A DNA stretch of 64,000 nucleotides from Veleropilina oligotropha (lineage: Eukaryota). Below are positions 15,180 to 25,051 of the stretch, in pieces. The notes below the pieces were generated by a model. It saw nothing but the letters and a program-made list of their open reading frames with translations, made no database searches and was not told the origin of the DNA. The stretch spans positions 1 through 64,000 of the forward strand of contig JBEUKZ010000083.1 in the NCBI GenBank assembly GCA_048128005.1. Reading direction: 5' to 3'. Within the stretch, counting starts at the first letter, position 1, and every line of letters starts with the position of its first letter. A program made the translations under genes and the position numbers.

Positions 15180-15249
15180 ATGATGTTCCGAACTATTTCC
15201 GGTCTTTTAATCTCAATAGCAGTAGCCGTGCTATTATCTCCAGTAGAAG
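15180..15249 (+). CDS. Host gene first coding exon (signal peptide)
   Basis: Acceptor TTTTAG ends at 15177. The frame reads MMFRTISGLLISIAVAVLLSPVE(G), followed by a phase-1 GT donor at 15250 that joins in frame to 35313. Confidence 0.7.
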
Positions 15250-15539
15250 GTTGGTGATTTTATGTATTATAAATTTACTAAAGCTTATACAACATATCAC
15301 CGTTGGCGATATATGAAGATTTCACATCACTTTGGGAACCCCCTTGCCATATTTCGCAATAATGACAGGTGATCTTACATACTTAGGCCTACATGAAATG
15401 AGGTTCCCGGTAAGATAGGCTACATCTTATACGTAGGCCTATAAACGTATTCTCCCTGGCACTCAATCGCTCTCGCTGCCTCGTGTAATGGAACGGAAGA
15501 TAACTGTAGTATAGGTACACCAAACTGAAAGGAAATTAT

Positions 15540-17370
15540 GTCATCAAACATTTTTTATTGAGAATTTTAGGATATTGAGAAAGATATGAATTATCTCCCT
15601 TACATCAGTAATGCTCATGATATCTATTTGTCTCGTATGATAACAAACGTGATCTCACTTCATATCAAACTGATGTACCGATTGATTTTTATTTCACGAG
15701 CCTTGAAGAGTGAAATAAAAAGTTATTTCATGAATTTTTTTTCATATAATAAAAGTGGCAACCCTCATGTAATATATAATTATAGGCTTGTATCAGTTCT
15801 TTCTTGCTTTTCAAAAATATCGAAGGGTATAATATATAACAGGTTGTTAGGATTTTAAAATAAACATGACATCATCTATAATCAACATTATGGATTCCGA
15901 TCTAACCATGCTACATTCATGGCACTACTTCAACTAGTAGAGGCCGCTTCGGCAGCGCAGTGGGTAAGAGTGTCCACTATAAATTCACTGGCTTGATTCC
16001 GCTAATGCGAACAGTGGTGGGTTCAATAGTTCAATACCTGGCTGAGGCATTGAAATTTGTTCAAGTTATGAATCACAGTTGTCCGCGACTGGCCGAAGAG
16101 GGCGGGTTTACCCGGGCGACTGGGGTAGCCTCCAGCGATAACACGGACATGTCCTGCCTTGAACCTCGATGTTGTAAATATACAGGACATTAAGCATCAT
16201 TCCTCCCCTCCCTCAACTAGTAGATGAAATTTATCATTCGATATACAATAATGAATTCTCCCTGGGTATTTTTATAGATCTATCAAAAGAATTTGGTGCC
16301 ATAAACCATCGGATAATACTTAAAACATTACACCATTATGGTATATGTGGTGTTCAACTGGATTGATTTAGTAGCTATTTATCTAATCGATACCAATAAG
16401 TTTCTTTAAATTAGTGTACATCAGAAAAGAAACTTATAAAGTGTGGTGTTCCCCAAGGGTTAATTCTCTGCACTCCCCTATTTCTCATATACGCGAATGA
16501 CATATGCAATACATCAAATATTATGAAATTTATCCTTTTTGCAGATGATACCACCATATTCTATAAAAGTTTTAACCATTAATTATTAATCAGCACAGCA
16601 AATAATGAACCAAAACTGATATCCACTTGGTTTAAGGTCAATAAGCTATCCCTCAATATAAATAATACGAATTATGTAATCTTCAGAAACAAGGGTAAAA
16701 ATTATATATGGGAAGATTATATGATCTACATAGACAACATTAAAATTAAAGATTTACATCTTGTAGATTTCTTGAAGTTGAAATTGTGCAGCATTTGAAG
16801 TGAAATAATCATATATCAATGGTATCTCGGAAAAACTAAAAAAATATTGGAGTCATAAATCGAATAAAATATGAAATTCCACTTCACACTTTAAAAATGT
16901 TATACTAAAAAATTTTATTACCATATTTATCCTATAGTAATATTGTTTGGGGAAATACATATTCCAGTATTATCAATCCTCTCTACAAATTACAAAAAGA
17001 TTGTTAGAATTATTACTAGGAGTGAATGGAGAGCACATACATCTCAATTGTTTTATAGACTTCATATACATACTGTTTTCGATATAAATACGATATAAAC
17101 TGCTTTATTTATGTACTCCTTTCATAACGGAACATTACCTGACTAGTATAATAATTACTTTATACTAAACCGTAATATACATGAACATACACAATATCGT
17201 CCATGAATTACCATATCATAAGAGTTCATACAAATGTTAGACAACATACAAATAAAAATAGAGGCCCAATTGTATGGCACGCGTTGGATGCAAACCTTAA
17301 GACGTGCAGAACGATTGGATAATTTAAAAGAAAGCTGAAACGTTCTATCACATTAGCATACAACGTTTGA
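15540..17370 (+). pseudogene. Decayed LINE reverse transcriptase (CR1/L2-like)
   Basis: Fragments NYRLVSVLSCFSKI, QHYGFRSNHATFMALLQLV, GIFIDLSK, GVPQG and LFADDTTIF, broken by stops and frameshifts. Confidence 0.8.
15942..16212 (+). mobile_element. tRNA-derived SINE inserted in the LINE
   Basis: 12-bp TSD TCAACTAGTAGA (15930-15941 / 16213-16224), A-box-like and B-box-like (GGTTC) motifs and a simple-repeat tail. Related copies at ~35970-36205, ~60070-60300 and ~60395-60575. Confidence 0.75.
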
Positions 17371-17397
17371 ATTGAAACCAATATCCTTCTTATCTTT

Positions 17398-17560
17398 CAC
17401 GGTCCTCGATAGCTCAACTACCGTAGGATGTGGGTTCAAGCCCCCACTCCGGCGTTGTGTCGGTCAGATCGGGGTGAGACCTTAAGCCGGGTGTCCAGAC
17501 TACAATACAGCTGAACAATGACTAATAATGGTCGCAAAACAATGTTGCCAACCAACCTTG
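17398..17560 (+). mobile_element. Second SINE-like family copy
   Basis: GATAGCTCAA...GTGGGTTCAAGCCC...GAGACCTTAAGCCGGGTGTCC. Reverse-oriented relatives lie at ~11720-11930 and ~17885-18075. Confidence 0.55.
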
Positions 17561-18354
17561 TTATCTTTACATACGGTAACATTCATTCTTATCTAATAAT
17601 CCATCAATATTTTGGAGTTCACAACGTTATATAACAATATTATACAACTTTATATAACTCTATATAACCAACATATACGAATATTACTGTTTGTATTATT
17701 AATATACCTTAGGTGGCCCTTACCGGTTTCTCAGATGAGTTTCCCTGCCAAATAATTGTAAATAATAGATGCAAATAATGTTCTTAGTATATTTGTATAA
17801 TTATTAGGCTTGTATTATTTATTACTATTATATGGAAATTAAATTTTGATTTGATTTGAACAACAGTACTGGTTTTGTTGATCAAGTTGGTTGCCAGCTT
17901 TGTTTTTACGACCAGTTTTGGCAATTTGCAGCCGCAACGCATTCGGGACACCTGGTTTAAGGCCTTACTCTGTTCTGACCGAGAAACATTAGGGATATGC
18001 CATCTATTATTTTAAGAGATAGAAAGAGCCTCTCGGCTGTCTCGGTTGAGTGTTTGAGGCGCTATTCACTCGCCCGCCGAAGAAGTTTTGTTGATCAAGA
18101 GTCAACGAGGACGAGAACTCTGCACATGATCTTGGCTACTTCATTTTATACTGTACTACCTTTATTAGGTGTGCGCCCCCGTAACCTAATATAGGGACTG
18201 ACATGATATCCCTAGATAACTAAAAAAGCCCGCTAGTTATTTTATAGTTGGATCCCTCATTTTATTTTTTAGTAATAATTATTTCATATTCAATTTTGAA
18301 AAAAATATATGCCACATTATATTTCACACTGCGAACAGTTGCTGCAGTCGAAGT

Positions 18355-18629
18355 AGCAGCAGGGGGGGTGATTGGACTTTTTAGAATGGGAAAATACAGC
18401 GCCCAGCACCATTTCAGAACTGAGCTGGTATTACTGTGGAGGGCTAGGGAGTTTAGACTAGGGGCGTGGCGAGGGAAATTAAGGCTCCCAGCTATATTTC
18501 AGACCCCAGGGTATATCGTGTATTACAAAAAAGTTACCGTGTGTACAGCGACATAGAGCCCCCAGGGACGGCCCACTACCCTCGCCGGCCCGGGCTCCTC
18601 AGTTATGCGAGCAGTAGCAGGGGGGGTGA
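18355..18629 (+). repeat. Left terminal inverted repeat (275 bp)
   Basis: Reverse complement of 34852-35126: the outer 42 bp are identical, the inner ~120 bp have 2 mismatches, and the middle alternates conserved boxes with divergent spacers. Confidence 0.95.
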
Positions 18630-18907
18630 GTTTGATTTCGTGCAACTCCCTTTCTACCGTCTTTGGTCTTCTTCTTATATATCGCTTGTTCACCATTGTC
18701 GAGTACAACGATCAAAACGTTATAGCCCCGGTTTAAGAGGTTTTTAACGCGCCTGAAGCTCCGTTCGCTGTACAGCGTAATAATGTCTTCCTGTGGCATG
18801 TTGCTTTCAAGTATAACTACACAACGTCTAACATGCCGGTTATTTCTCACCGTGCACCGGGCTCGATATCTTAGTGTCATAATATCTATTAGAGACTGGT
18901 ATATACA

Positions 18908-19201
18908 ATGATAACCGCTATCAATATGTGGGGAACGGACACCTGTCAATGGCTCACCATCAGCTCCACGGAACTATGTGGTAAGAGATGTCTGAACACG
19001 TATTGCAAAGTCCATCTGGCTCGGCAACGGCGAAATGGCCGGGGCACAAAACCCTGCAGCAAATGCGGGAAGGGCGTTTTCAACCGGCTTACGTTGTGTA
19101 AGGGCTGTGGGTATAAGAGTGAGAACGGTATGGACTGGCAACGAAAGAAAAGGGCCTTCGAGAGAGAGTTTCTCCGCATGGCTGCAATTTACCACGCGTA
19201 A
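18908..19201 (+). CDS. Small viral zinc-finger protein
   Basis: C-x10-C-x3-C-x4-C-x2-H followed by CxxC...CxxC and a basic tail. It may start at ATG 18926. Confidence 0.7.
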   Translation: MITAINMWGTDTCQWLTISSTELCGKRCLNTYCKVHLARQRRNGRGTKPCSKCGKGVFNRLTLCKGCGYKSENGMDWQRKKRAFEREFLRMAAIYHA

Positions 19202-19249
19202 ATTTCATATTAGAGAAGTAAAGATCCTAGTGTGTACCCCCCCAGCAAC

Positions 19250-22200
19250 ATGGATGACCTGCGCAATCTAGCGAAAGATTATGGGATTCCCGCTCGGTCG
19301 AAGCTCAAGAAGCACGACCTCGTCAGGGCAATCGCCAGGGTCCGTGCTGCGGAGTTTCGGAGCAGACTCGAGCGGGCGATGAAAACGGGAAGGTTCCCCT
19401 CCATACGTGGAGATGTGGAGAACCCCCACAAAAGAGGCCGACGTGCTCGCGAGTTGCGGCAGATTAAGGACGAGGTCGACGCCGCCCTGCAGGCTCGTAA
19501 ATACGAATCCCAGGCTGAGAAAAATCCCAGGATTCGACTGAAGCCACTTCGCGCCATCGCGGATCGAATCGTCAAGCGGTCTCGGAAAGAGACCCTTGCC
19601 CATGCTATTGCTCGGAAGGGGCCCGATCTTCTCATCTCCAAAATGCCCCGGACAGCCCAGGACTACCAGAAGGATCTTCTAGGGCAATTTACCACACCCG
19701 AGGGACAACGATTCATCGACCTGGATGACCAGGTCCCTCCCCCAGTAAGGCTCCCAGCAAAAGAGCCATGGGTGGAACTCTTGAGCGACGCCAAAGACGA
19801 GTTTGAGGTCGATGGTGCCGCGGCGGCTTTCTCCACATGGAGGGTAGAAGTGGCTGGACGGCTGGCCCTGGATGCCCGTATGACAGATGCGAGGGCGGCA
19901 CAGCTCCTCACAGCCCTTCCAAAGGGCGAGTATGTCCTTAGAATAAAGTTCTTGCGTGAGTGGGGTGAAGGTGACTGGGTGGTCGAAGACAAGTTTGACC
20001 CGGTGAAGGCTGCGAGAAAGAAGGGCCAGGGTGTCTTTGAGATCTCTCAGGATACTAAGCCGGGTGCTATCACTGGGGTCGACAAGGTCTACTACGAGAA
20101 TGCCTACCCGGTCACTGCAGTCGTCTACGGCGTCTATCCTCTCAGAGAACCAAACCCCGCCAACCTGGTTCCGATGAAGAACGGCGACCTCAACTGCGTT
20201 GCCCAACGAGTGGTTGAGCACTTCGAAGGTGCCCTTAGAGGAAACGGACTCACCCCGACAAGGCGGCAGAAAATACTGGAGTGGGAAGAGCGAGTCCACG
20301 TAACAGGCGCCACTGTGGATGATATATCCATCCTCGAGAGGATCCTCAAACGGGCGATCATACTGAGAGATATTGCCGGCGAGGACATCTACAGCAGTGG
20401 GAAGTACCAGGGCTGGCATAGACCAGTAGAACTCATCTGTCACAACGGCCACGCCTGGTCGAAGGACCTACACTTCCCGCAGTCTCGCGAGGTCCACCTG
20501 TATGAGGGCGATGTCTGGGAAGCTATCCGACAAGCCACACAGAACGAGCCATTGGCTGTCTGGCTCCTAGGCGGTAAAGACCGACAGCTCGGCGTGGACC
20601 AGTTCGTGCTTCAGGACGGCCGCACGTACAGGACAAAAGAGACTCACGAGATACTCCAAGAAGCCTGTACAGCGCTGGGAAACGAGTCCCTAGCCGATCG
20701 AGCCTTTGGCGTGAACCATGCAGCTAGCATTATGGCTAAAGAGACCAACGGCTGGAAACCCACCCCGGCGAGCCTGCTCGATGACATCCAGAAGGCCTGT
20801 GTAGAGCATGGCCACGGCGGTCTCTGGAATTCCATGAATTACGATACGGGCGATGTCTGCTGCATCGATATGAAAGCCTGCTACCCTGCCAGCTTTCTGG
20901 GGAAGGGCGAGGCTAAGCCCTATTTCGAAAGATTCGGACACCCACTCCACAGCATGACCCGGGTCGCAATTAACGGTCCTCTACCCCGAGAAATCGGTAC
21001 CGGGTTTGCCGAGGTCGTGGAATGGGAGTTCGCACAAGACATCCACCCCGTCATTGTAGCATGGTTCGGGAAGCACTTTGCAGAGAATGGATGGGCACCA
21101 ACCCCGCTGCTCGCCTTCCTCATAGACTCTGGACTGCTAAAAAGCCTCAAGATCCGAGAAGCCATCATCGCATTCAAAAAGCAGACCGATGTCTGGCTTC
21201 CTCCGGATCGTGACCAGGGCTGCAGTATCATCGGCAAATTCACCCAAGGCGCCAAAGCTGACGGAAAGCGATTGACTCGTAGACTGGTGACCGACCAGGG
21301 TGAGCTCGACTTCCTCGTAAGAGACACCCGCCAAAGCGGCACCCTGGTTGGCGCTCCTCAGAGATGCCCTATGGGGCACATCCTCACGTACTATGATGGC
21401 TCCCAGCCTCAGTACGCCCACCTGAGGGCGTCCATGTTGGCCTATGCCCACATAAACCTCTTGAGCATGCTTCAGCGTTTCAGTGCAGCAGAAGCCGTCC
21501 GAGTAGCCACTGACAGCATCTACCTCAAGAAGGCCTCGTTGGAGAAGCTCGACGATGTCACGGTGTACGTTGCCCCCAGACTCTGCGGCTGTGGCGAGAA
21601 ATCGTGCATCTCATGTCTGATCGCGGAGCCGTACCTTCCGCCAGTAGCACCAGCCCAGTGGCGTGACAAGGGCGAACAGCTGTATATGCCACAGGAACAT
21701 GCCGCATACCTACCCAAGCCGGAGTACACACAGTCCGAGAAGGACCTCCCGCCGAGCACCGCGCCATGCTACAATGACACACTGACCCACCATCGCCTGA
21801 GTTACCTCAATGGTGGAGGGGGCTGTGGCAAGACTACGAGAGCGATCGAGCTCTTTCGGGCAAGGAATCCCGTCGTGTTCACACCAACCCACCGCCTCGC
21901 TAAAGAGATGCGGACCAGAGGCGTCAAAGCCCAGACCTACCACAGCTTCTTCCGATGGAGCGGCCAGAACGACTGGACGCCTGATCGCATGGGTCAGAAG
22001 TTCATCCCGCGCGTCATTATCTGGGACGAGGTCTGTACTGTTCCCCGGCACATCCTAGAGATGTTCTTGGACTGGCTGGGCCGCCACGAAGTGCAGGTTA
22101 TCTGCTGTGGTGATCAAGGCCAGCCACCACCGATTACGGGCGAGATGCCGCACGATTGGCTGCGAAAGACCGCGGACTACTATGAAGAGATCGAAGTAGA

Positions 22201-23083
22201 CTACAGGGCGAAAGACGACCCTGCCCTCCAAGCCCTGAAAAGACGTATCCGTCTCCAGCCCGACAAAGTCCAGTGCGACGAGATGCGACGGACCCTCCCC
22301 AGCTGCCTCGGATGGGACCGGTTCGTCAACACCTGGAAGCCAGGCGACCTAATCCTCACAAGCCGTCAGAAGGTCCGCGAACGGGCTCAAGAGCTGTTGC
22401 TCCAGAGGCACAGGGAGCACTTCCCAGACTCCATGGTGCCTATCCTGTACCACCCCAGGGACAGCAGAAAACAGAACATCATGGTAACCATTCCGGGCAC
22501 CAGCGACAGAGAGGAGCTAGTTCTGAACGACGTCGTCGAGGTCACCATTGAGGCCGCTGAGCAGGCTATCCTGACCCCGGATTGGCGCCTGGGCTATGCC
22601 CTGACCATCCATTCGAGCCAGGGTCTTACGATTCACGACCCACAGAAAGTCTGGATCATCGACGACTACCTTCAGTGGAGTAATCTCGCCTACCTAGCCG
22701 TGTCCCGGGTGGAGCTGCTGCGTCAGCTCGAACGGGTAACCTGTCCACCGGATGAGGGTTCTGAGGACAAGCCCCGGCCCCAAACCGAGCAACAGCTCCG
22801 AAAGACCATCCAGAAAAAGCTTGTGGCGTACAAACGCCAGGACCAGGCAACGGGACTCCCGGGGTTTAACCTCAAGGTCGACGACATCCTGCGGCTCAGA
22901 GAGGCCCAAAACAACCGCTGCGCAGCATGCAACATAGAGCTGCTCTGGGCATATTCCCCGAAGGACACACAGCAGTTCAGTGTCGACCGTGTGGACAACA
23001 GCAGGGGCCACACCCGCGACAACGTGCGCTTAACGTGTCTGGAATGTAACCGGAAACGAGGATTTGCGGTTGTTAACGCCTGA
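19250..23083 (+). CDS. Multidomain replicase: HeH/Rho-N-like, OTU-like protease signature, divergent family-B DNA polymerase, SF1 helicase, HNH-like domain
   Basis: PolB motif A DMKACYP, B-like RDQGCSIIGKF and C-like VATDSIY. SF1 motifs GGGGCGKTT, IIWDE, GDQGQPPP, TIHSSQGLT and YLAVSR. C-terminal CAAC...SVDRVDNSRGHTRDNVRLTCLECNRKR. The frame is uninterrupted; first ATG at 19250. Confidence 0.88.
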   Translation: MDDLRNLAKDYGIPARSKLKKHDLVRAIARVRAAEFRSRLERAMKTGRFPSIRGDVENPHKRGRRARELRQIKDEVDAALQARKYESQAEKNPRIRLKPLRAIADRIVKRSRKETLAHAIARKGPDLLISKMPRTAQDYQKDLLGQFTTPEGQRFIDLDDQVPPPVRLPAKEPWVELLSDAKDEFEVDGAAAAFSTWRVEVAGRLALDARMTDARAAQLLTALPKGEYVLRIKFLREWGEGDWVVEDKFDPVKAARKKGQGVFEISQDTKPGAITGVDKVYYENAYPVTAVVYGVYPLREPNPANLVPMKNGDLNCVAQRVVEHFEGALRGNGLTPTRRQKILEWEERVHVTGATVDDISILERILKRAIILRDIAGEDIYSSGKYQGWHRPVELICHNGHAWSKDLHFPQSREVHLYEGDVWEAIRQATQNEPLAVWLLGGKDRQLGVDQFVLQDGRTYRTKETHEILQEACTALGNESLADRAFGVNHAASIMAKETNGWKPTPASLLDDIQKACVEHGHGGLWNSMNYDTGDVCCIDMKACYPASFLGKGEAKPYFERFGHPLHSMTRVAINGPLPREIGTGFAEVVEWEFAQDIHPVIVAWFGKHFAENGWAPTPLLAFLIDSGLLKSLKIREAIIAFKKQTDVWLPPDRDQGCSIIGKFTQGAKADGKRLTRRLVTDQGELDFLVRDTRQSGTLVGAPQRCPMGHILTYYDGSQPQYAHLRASMLAYAHINLLSMLQRFSAAEAVRVATDSIYLKKASLEKLDDVTVYVAPRLCGCGEKSCISCLIAEPYLPPVAPAQWRDKGEQLYMPQEHAAYLPKPEYTQSEKDLPPSTAPCYNDTLTHHRLSYLNGGGGCGKTTRAIELFRARNPVVFTPTHRLAKEMRTRGVKAQTYHSFFRWSGQNDWTPDRMGQKFIPRVIIWDEVCTVPRHILEMFLDWLGRHEVQVICCGDQGQPPPITGEMPHDWLRKTADYYEEIEVDYRAKDDPALQALKRRIRLQPDKVQCDEMRRTLPSCLGWDRFVNTWKPGDLILTSRQKVRERAQELLLQRHREHFPDSMVPILYHPRDSRKQNIMVTIPGTSDREELVLNDVVEVTIEAAEQAILTPDWRLGYALTIHSSQGLTIHDPQKVWIIDDYLQWSNLAYLAVSRVELLRQLERVTCPPDEGSEDKPRPQTEQQLRKTIQKKLVAYKRQDQATGLPGFNLKVDDILRLREAQNNRCAACNIELLWAYSPKDTQQFSVDRVDNSRGHTRDNVRLTCLECNRKRGFAVVNA

Positions 23084-24071
23084 GAACCGGCGGCAGCTGG
23101 GTATCACGAGGCACCACGAGAAGTTCCTCACGAACGAAGCCACGCGGTGGTCCATCCAGCAAGTAGTAGAGCACAGGCTCGTCAGGCTTAGTGACGGAGC
23201 GTCCAAGCCTGTAAACTTTTAGAGACCACACCGGGTCAGTAGCACGGCGATGACCCCCCTCCAGCTCACCATCGTAGTAAAGGTAGCGAACATCTACGTC
23301 AGAGGGGAGTTTCTGTTCCTTCCCCTGTCGGCCTGGAACAGTGGCGCCTGGCTTTTGGGCAACGCGAGGTGCCTTGATGGCGTCCTTGGGCTTTTTACCG
23401 GTCAGCCTGGTCACTTCCCCATTCAAGGCCGCAACTACAGCTGCTAACCGGGCGACCCACTCAGTTGACCTTTGACCCTCTTTCGCAGACTCTGCAAACC
23501 GCATCTCTGTTGCATACTGGTGCCCGAAGAGCCGCTCAGCGAGCGTCCGGTTGAAGCGCTCCACAATGCCCTGATCGCGATGGATATCCACACGGCCACG
23601 CCTAACCTCGACGTTATTCTTTGCCAGCAGCTGGGAAACCGCGCCCATAAACTCTCGCCCTGGATCGACTTGAAGCAGTTTCGGCCAGCCAAGAGGACTC
23701 CGCCTGTAGATTCGAGACAGAGCTTCAGCAACCCCTTTGGCCTCTTTTGTGACCAGAGGCTCAGCCTCTTTAAAGCGACTGGCCACATCAACCACAGTCA
23801 AAGCGTACTTATAGGTCTTGTGTCTGACCTTGTCATGGGGGAGAAACAGGAGGTCGGCTTGGTGAACCTCGTTTGGCGTTACGACGTCGAATTTTGGTCT
23901 TGGAATCCGCCGTGGCGCAGGTAAATAGATCTGCCATATAGCCTGCCTCTTAAGCCATGTCCGGGCCTCCACTTCAGACGCCTTGGCAGCGTCAGCTAGT
24001 TTCTTTATCGCGGCAATGCCTTTCCAGTAGCCCTTAGGGCTGTAGTACATCCTCGCAAGCTTACTATCCAT
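23073..24071 (-). CDS. Retroviral-type DDE (rve) integrase of the Maverick/Polinton class
   Basis: Catalytic triad in HQADLL / LLQVDPGREF / IVERFNRTL. N-terminal YYSPKGYW..IKKL and a C-terminal WS..VY...Y...EELL domain. Confidence 0.93.
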   Translation of the reverse strand: MDSKLARMYYSPKGYWKGIAAIKKLADAAKASEVEARTWLKRQAIWQIYLPAPRRIPRPKFDVVTPNEVHQADLLFLPHDKVRHKTYKYALTVVDVASRFKEAEPLVTKEAKGVAEALSRIYRRSPLGWPKLLQVDPGREFMGAVSQLLAKNNVEVRRGRVDIHRDQGIVERFNRTLAERLFGHQYATEMRFAESAKEGQRSTEWVARLAAVVAALNGEVTRLTGKKPKDAIKAPRVAQKPGATVPGRQGKEQKLPSDVDVRYLYYDGELEGGHRRATDPVWSLKVYRLGRSVTKPDEPVLYYLLDGPPRGFVREELLVVPRDTQLPPVLRR

Positions 24072-24300
24072 CAGCAATGTATTCCAGTAAACTGATCAGT
24101 CTCCAACAGGCTTCAGCTTCCGGAGCCGGTCGCTGCGCAGTCGTCGCCCGTAGGTTGGTCGGGCCCGAGAGCACCAGGACCGTGAACCGCACCATAGTCT
24201 TTTCGTCGCGGCGCCAGCAGTCGAGTAACGTAGTACTATAGCCGACCGCAAGCATAGCGCAGTACAGCTCTTCTGGGAGCCCCATTATTATACCTGGCAC
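24064..24300 (-). CDS. Small hypothetical viral protein
   Basis: Fills the gap between two same-strand genes and its stop overlaps the integrase start. No motif recognised. Confidence 0.4.
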   Translation of the reverse strand: MPGIIMGLPEELYCAMLAVGYSTTLLDCWRRDEKTMVRFTVLVLSGPTNLRATTAQRPAPEAEACWRLISLLEYIADG

Positions 24301-24326
24301 ACGAAAAAAATGTCCACTGGAAATAA

Positions 24327-24755
24327 TTAGGCGAGCTTGTAGGCGACCAACCCGGTCGCAGCCATCCCCAGGATGATGAAGGTGATCTCACGTCCCTTCT
24401 GGGCATCGCTCGGTGTGTAGTAGTCAGACAGGGCGGGCTCAGGGCCACCCCCCAGGTCGGGGTCAAGGTTCTTGCCGGTGATCAATGCATACTCACGGAT
24501 CGCGGCGTCAACATCCCGGAATGTGCCAACGGCATGACCCTGGCGGCGAAGTTCAACGTTCAGCCAGTCGAGACGCTCTGCCCTCTGTTGTGACCATTTA
24601 GTCTGAGCAGCGTTGAGCTGTTCTACAGCAATGTCGTGGCGTTTACGCTCCGCATCGACACCGGAGCTGCGTAGCTTCGAGAAGAGGAAGTTGGAGCCGC
24701 TGAAGGCGAGGGCGTTGACGAGAGCGCCCCCAACCAGCATCGCAATGGAAGCCAT
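24327..24755 (-). CDS. Viral membrane protein (hydrophobic N-terminus, coiled coil, C-terminal TM)
   Basis: MASIAMLVGGALVNALAFSGSNFLF...EITFIILGMAATGLVAYKLA; ATG at 24755. Confidence 0.75.
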   Translation of the reverse strand: MASIAMLVGGALVNALAFSGSNFLFSKLRSSGVDAERKRHDIAVEQLNAAQTKWSQQRAERLDWLNVELRRQGHAVGTFRDVDAAIREYALITGKNLDPDLGGGPEPALSDYYTPSDAQKGREITFIILGMAATGLVAYKLA

Positions 24756-24786
24756 TGAAATGCTGCGATTATCTAGCAAGGTCCCA

Positions 24787-25026
24787 CTACTTCAATATAT
24801 CGGCCGGAATGATGCCTTGCTTGATCAGCATGTCTTTCGTCGCCATGGCGAGCGATACGTCGAGGACGACCATCCCGACATCGTACCCCGTGAAGTCCAG
24901 TTTGGGGCTCGCTCCCTTGAATACCATCTTTGTCAGGCGTGCGTAGCCTATGGCGAGGCCTGACACTATAGCGGCGTGGTATACAGCGTTGCCGAGCATC
25001 TTTCCATCAGTGATTGGGGTAGTCAT
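24787..25026 (-). CDS. Small hydrophobic viral protein
   Basis: 79 aa with two hydrophobic or amphipathic segments, tightly packed in the minus-strand gene block. Confidence 0.7.
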   Translation of the reverse strand: MTTPITDGKMLGNAVYHAAIVSGLAIGYARLTKMVFKGASPKLDFTGYDVGMVVLDVSLAMATKDMLIKQGIIPADILK

Positions 25027-25051
25027 AACTGTTGATTAGTACCGTTTGCGA

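Noticed and set aside
15942..16060. tRNA gene
   Set aside because: Only A/B-box-like remnants within a TSD-flanked SINE; no cloverleaf.
18350..18355. 6-bp TSD GAAGTA
   Set aside because: It would remove the terminal A from the left end only; a 5-bp GAAGT TSD gives symmetric AG...CT termini.
18466..18949. ORFs overlapping the left TIR (and the mirror ORF at 34764-35003)
   Set aside because: Their similarity comes from the TIR itself; most lack ATG starts and none has a recognisable domain.
19268..23022. Many antisense or alternate-frame ORFs over the replicase
   Set aside because: Expected in GC-rich coding DNA; no motifs.
19250..23083. Helitron Rep-helicase interpretation of the large ORF
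   Set aside because: No HUH/Y2 Rep motifs seen; PolB motifs, TIRs, TSD, integrase and capsid genes indicate a Polinton-like element.
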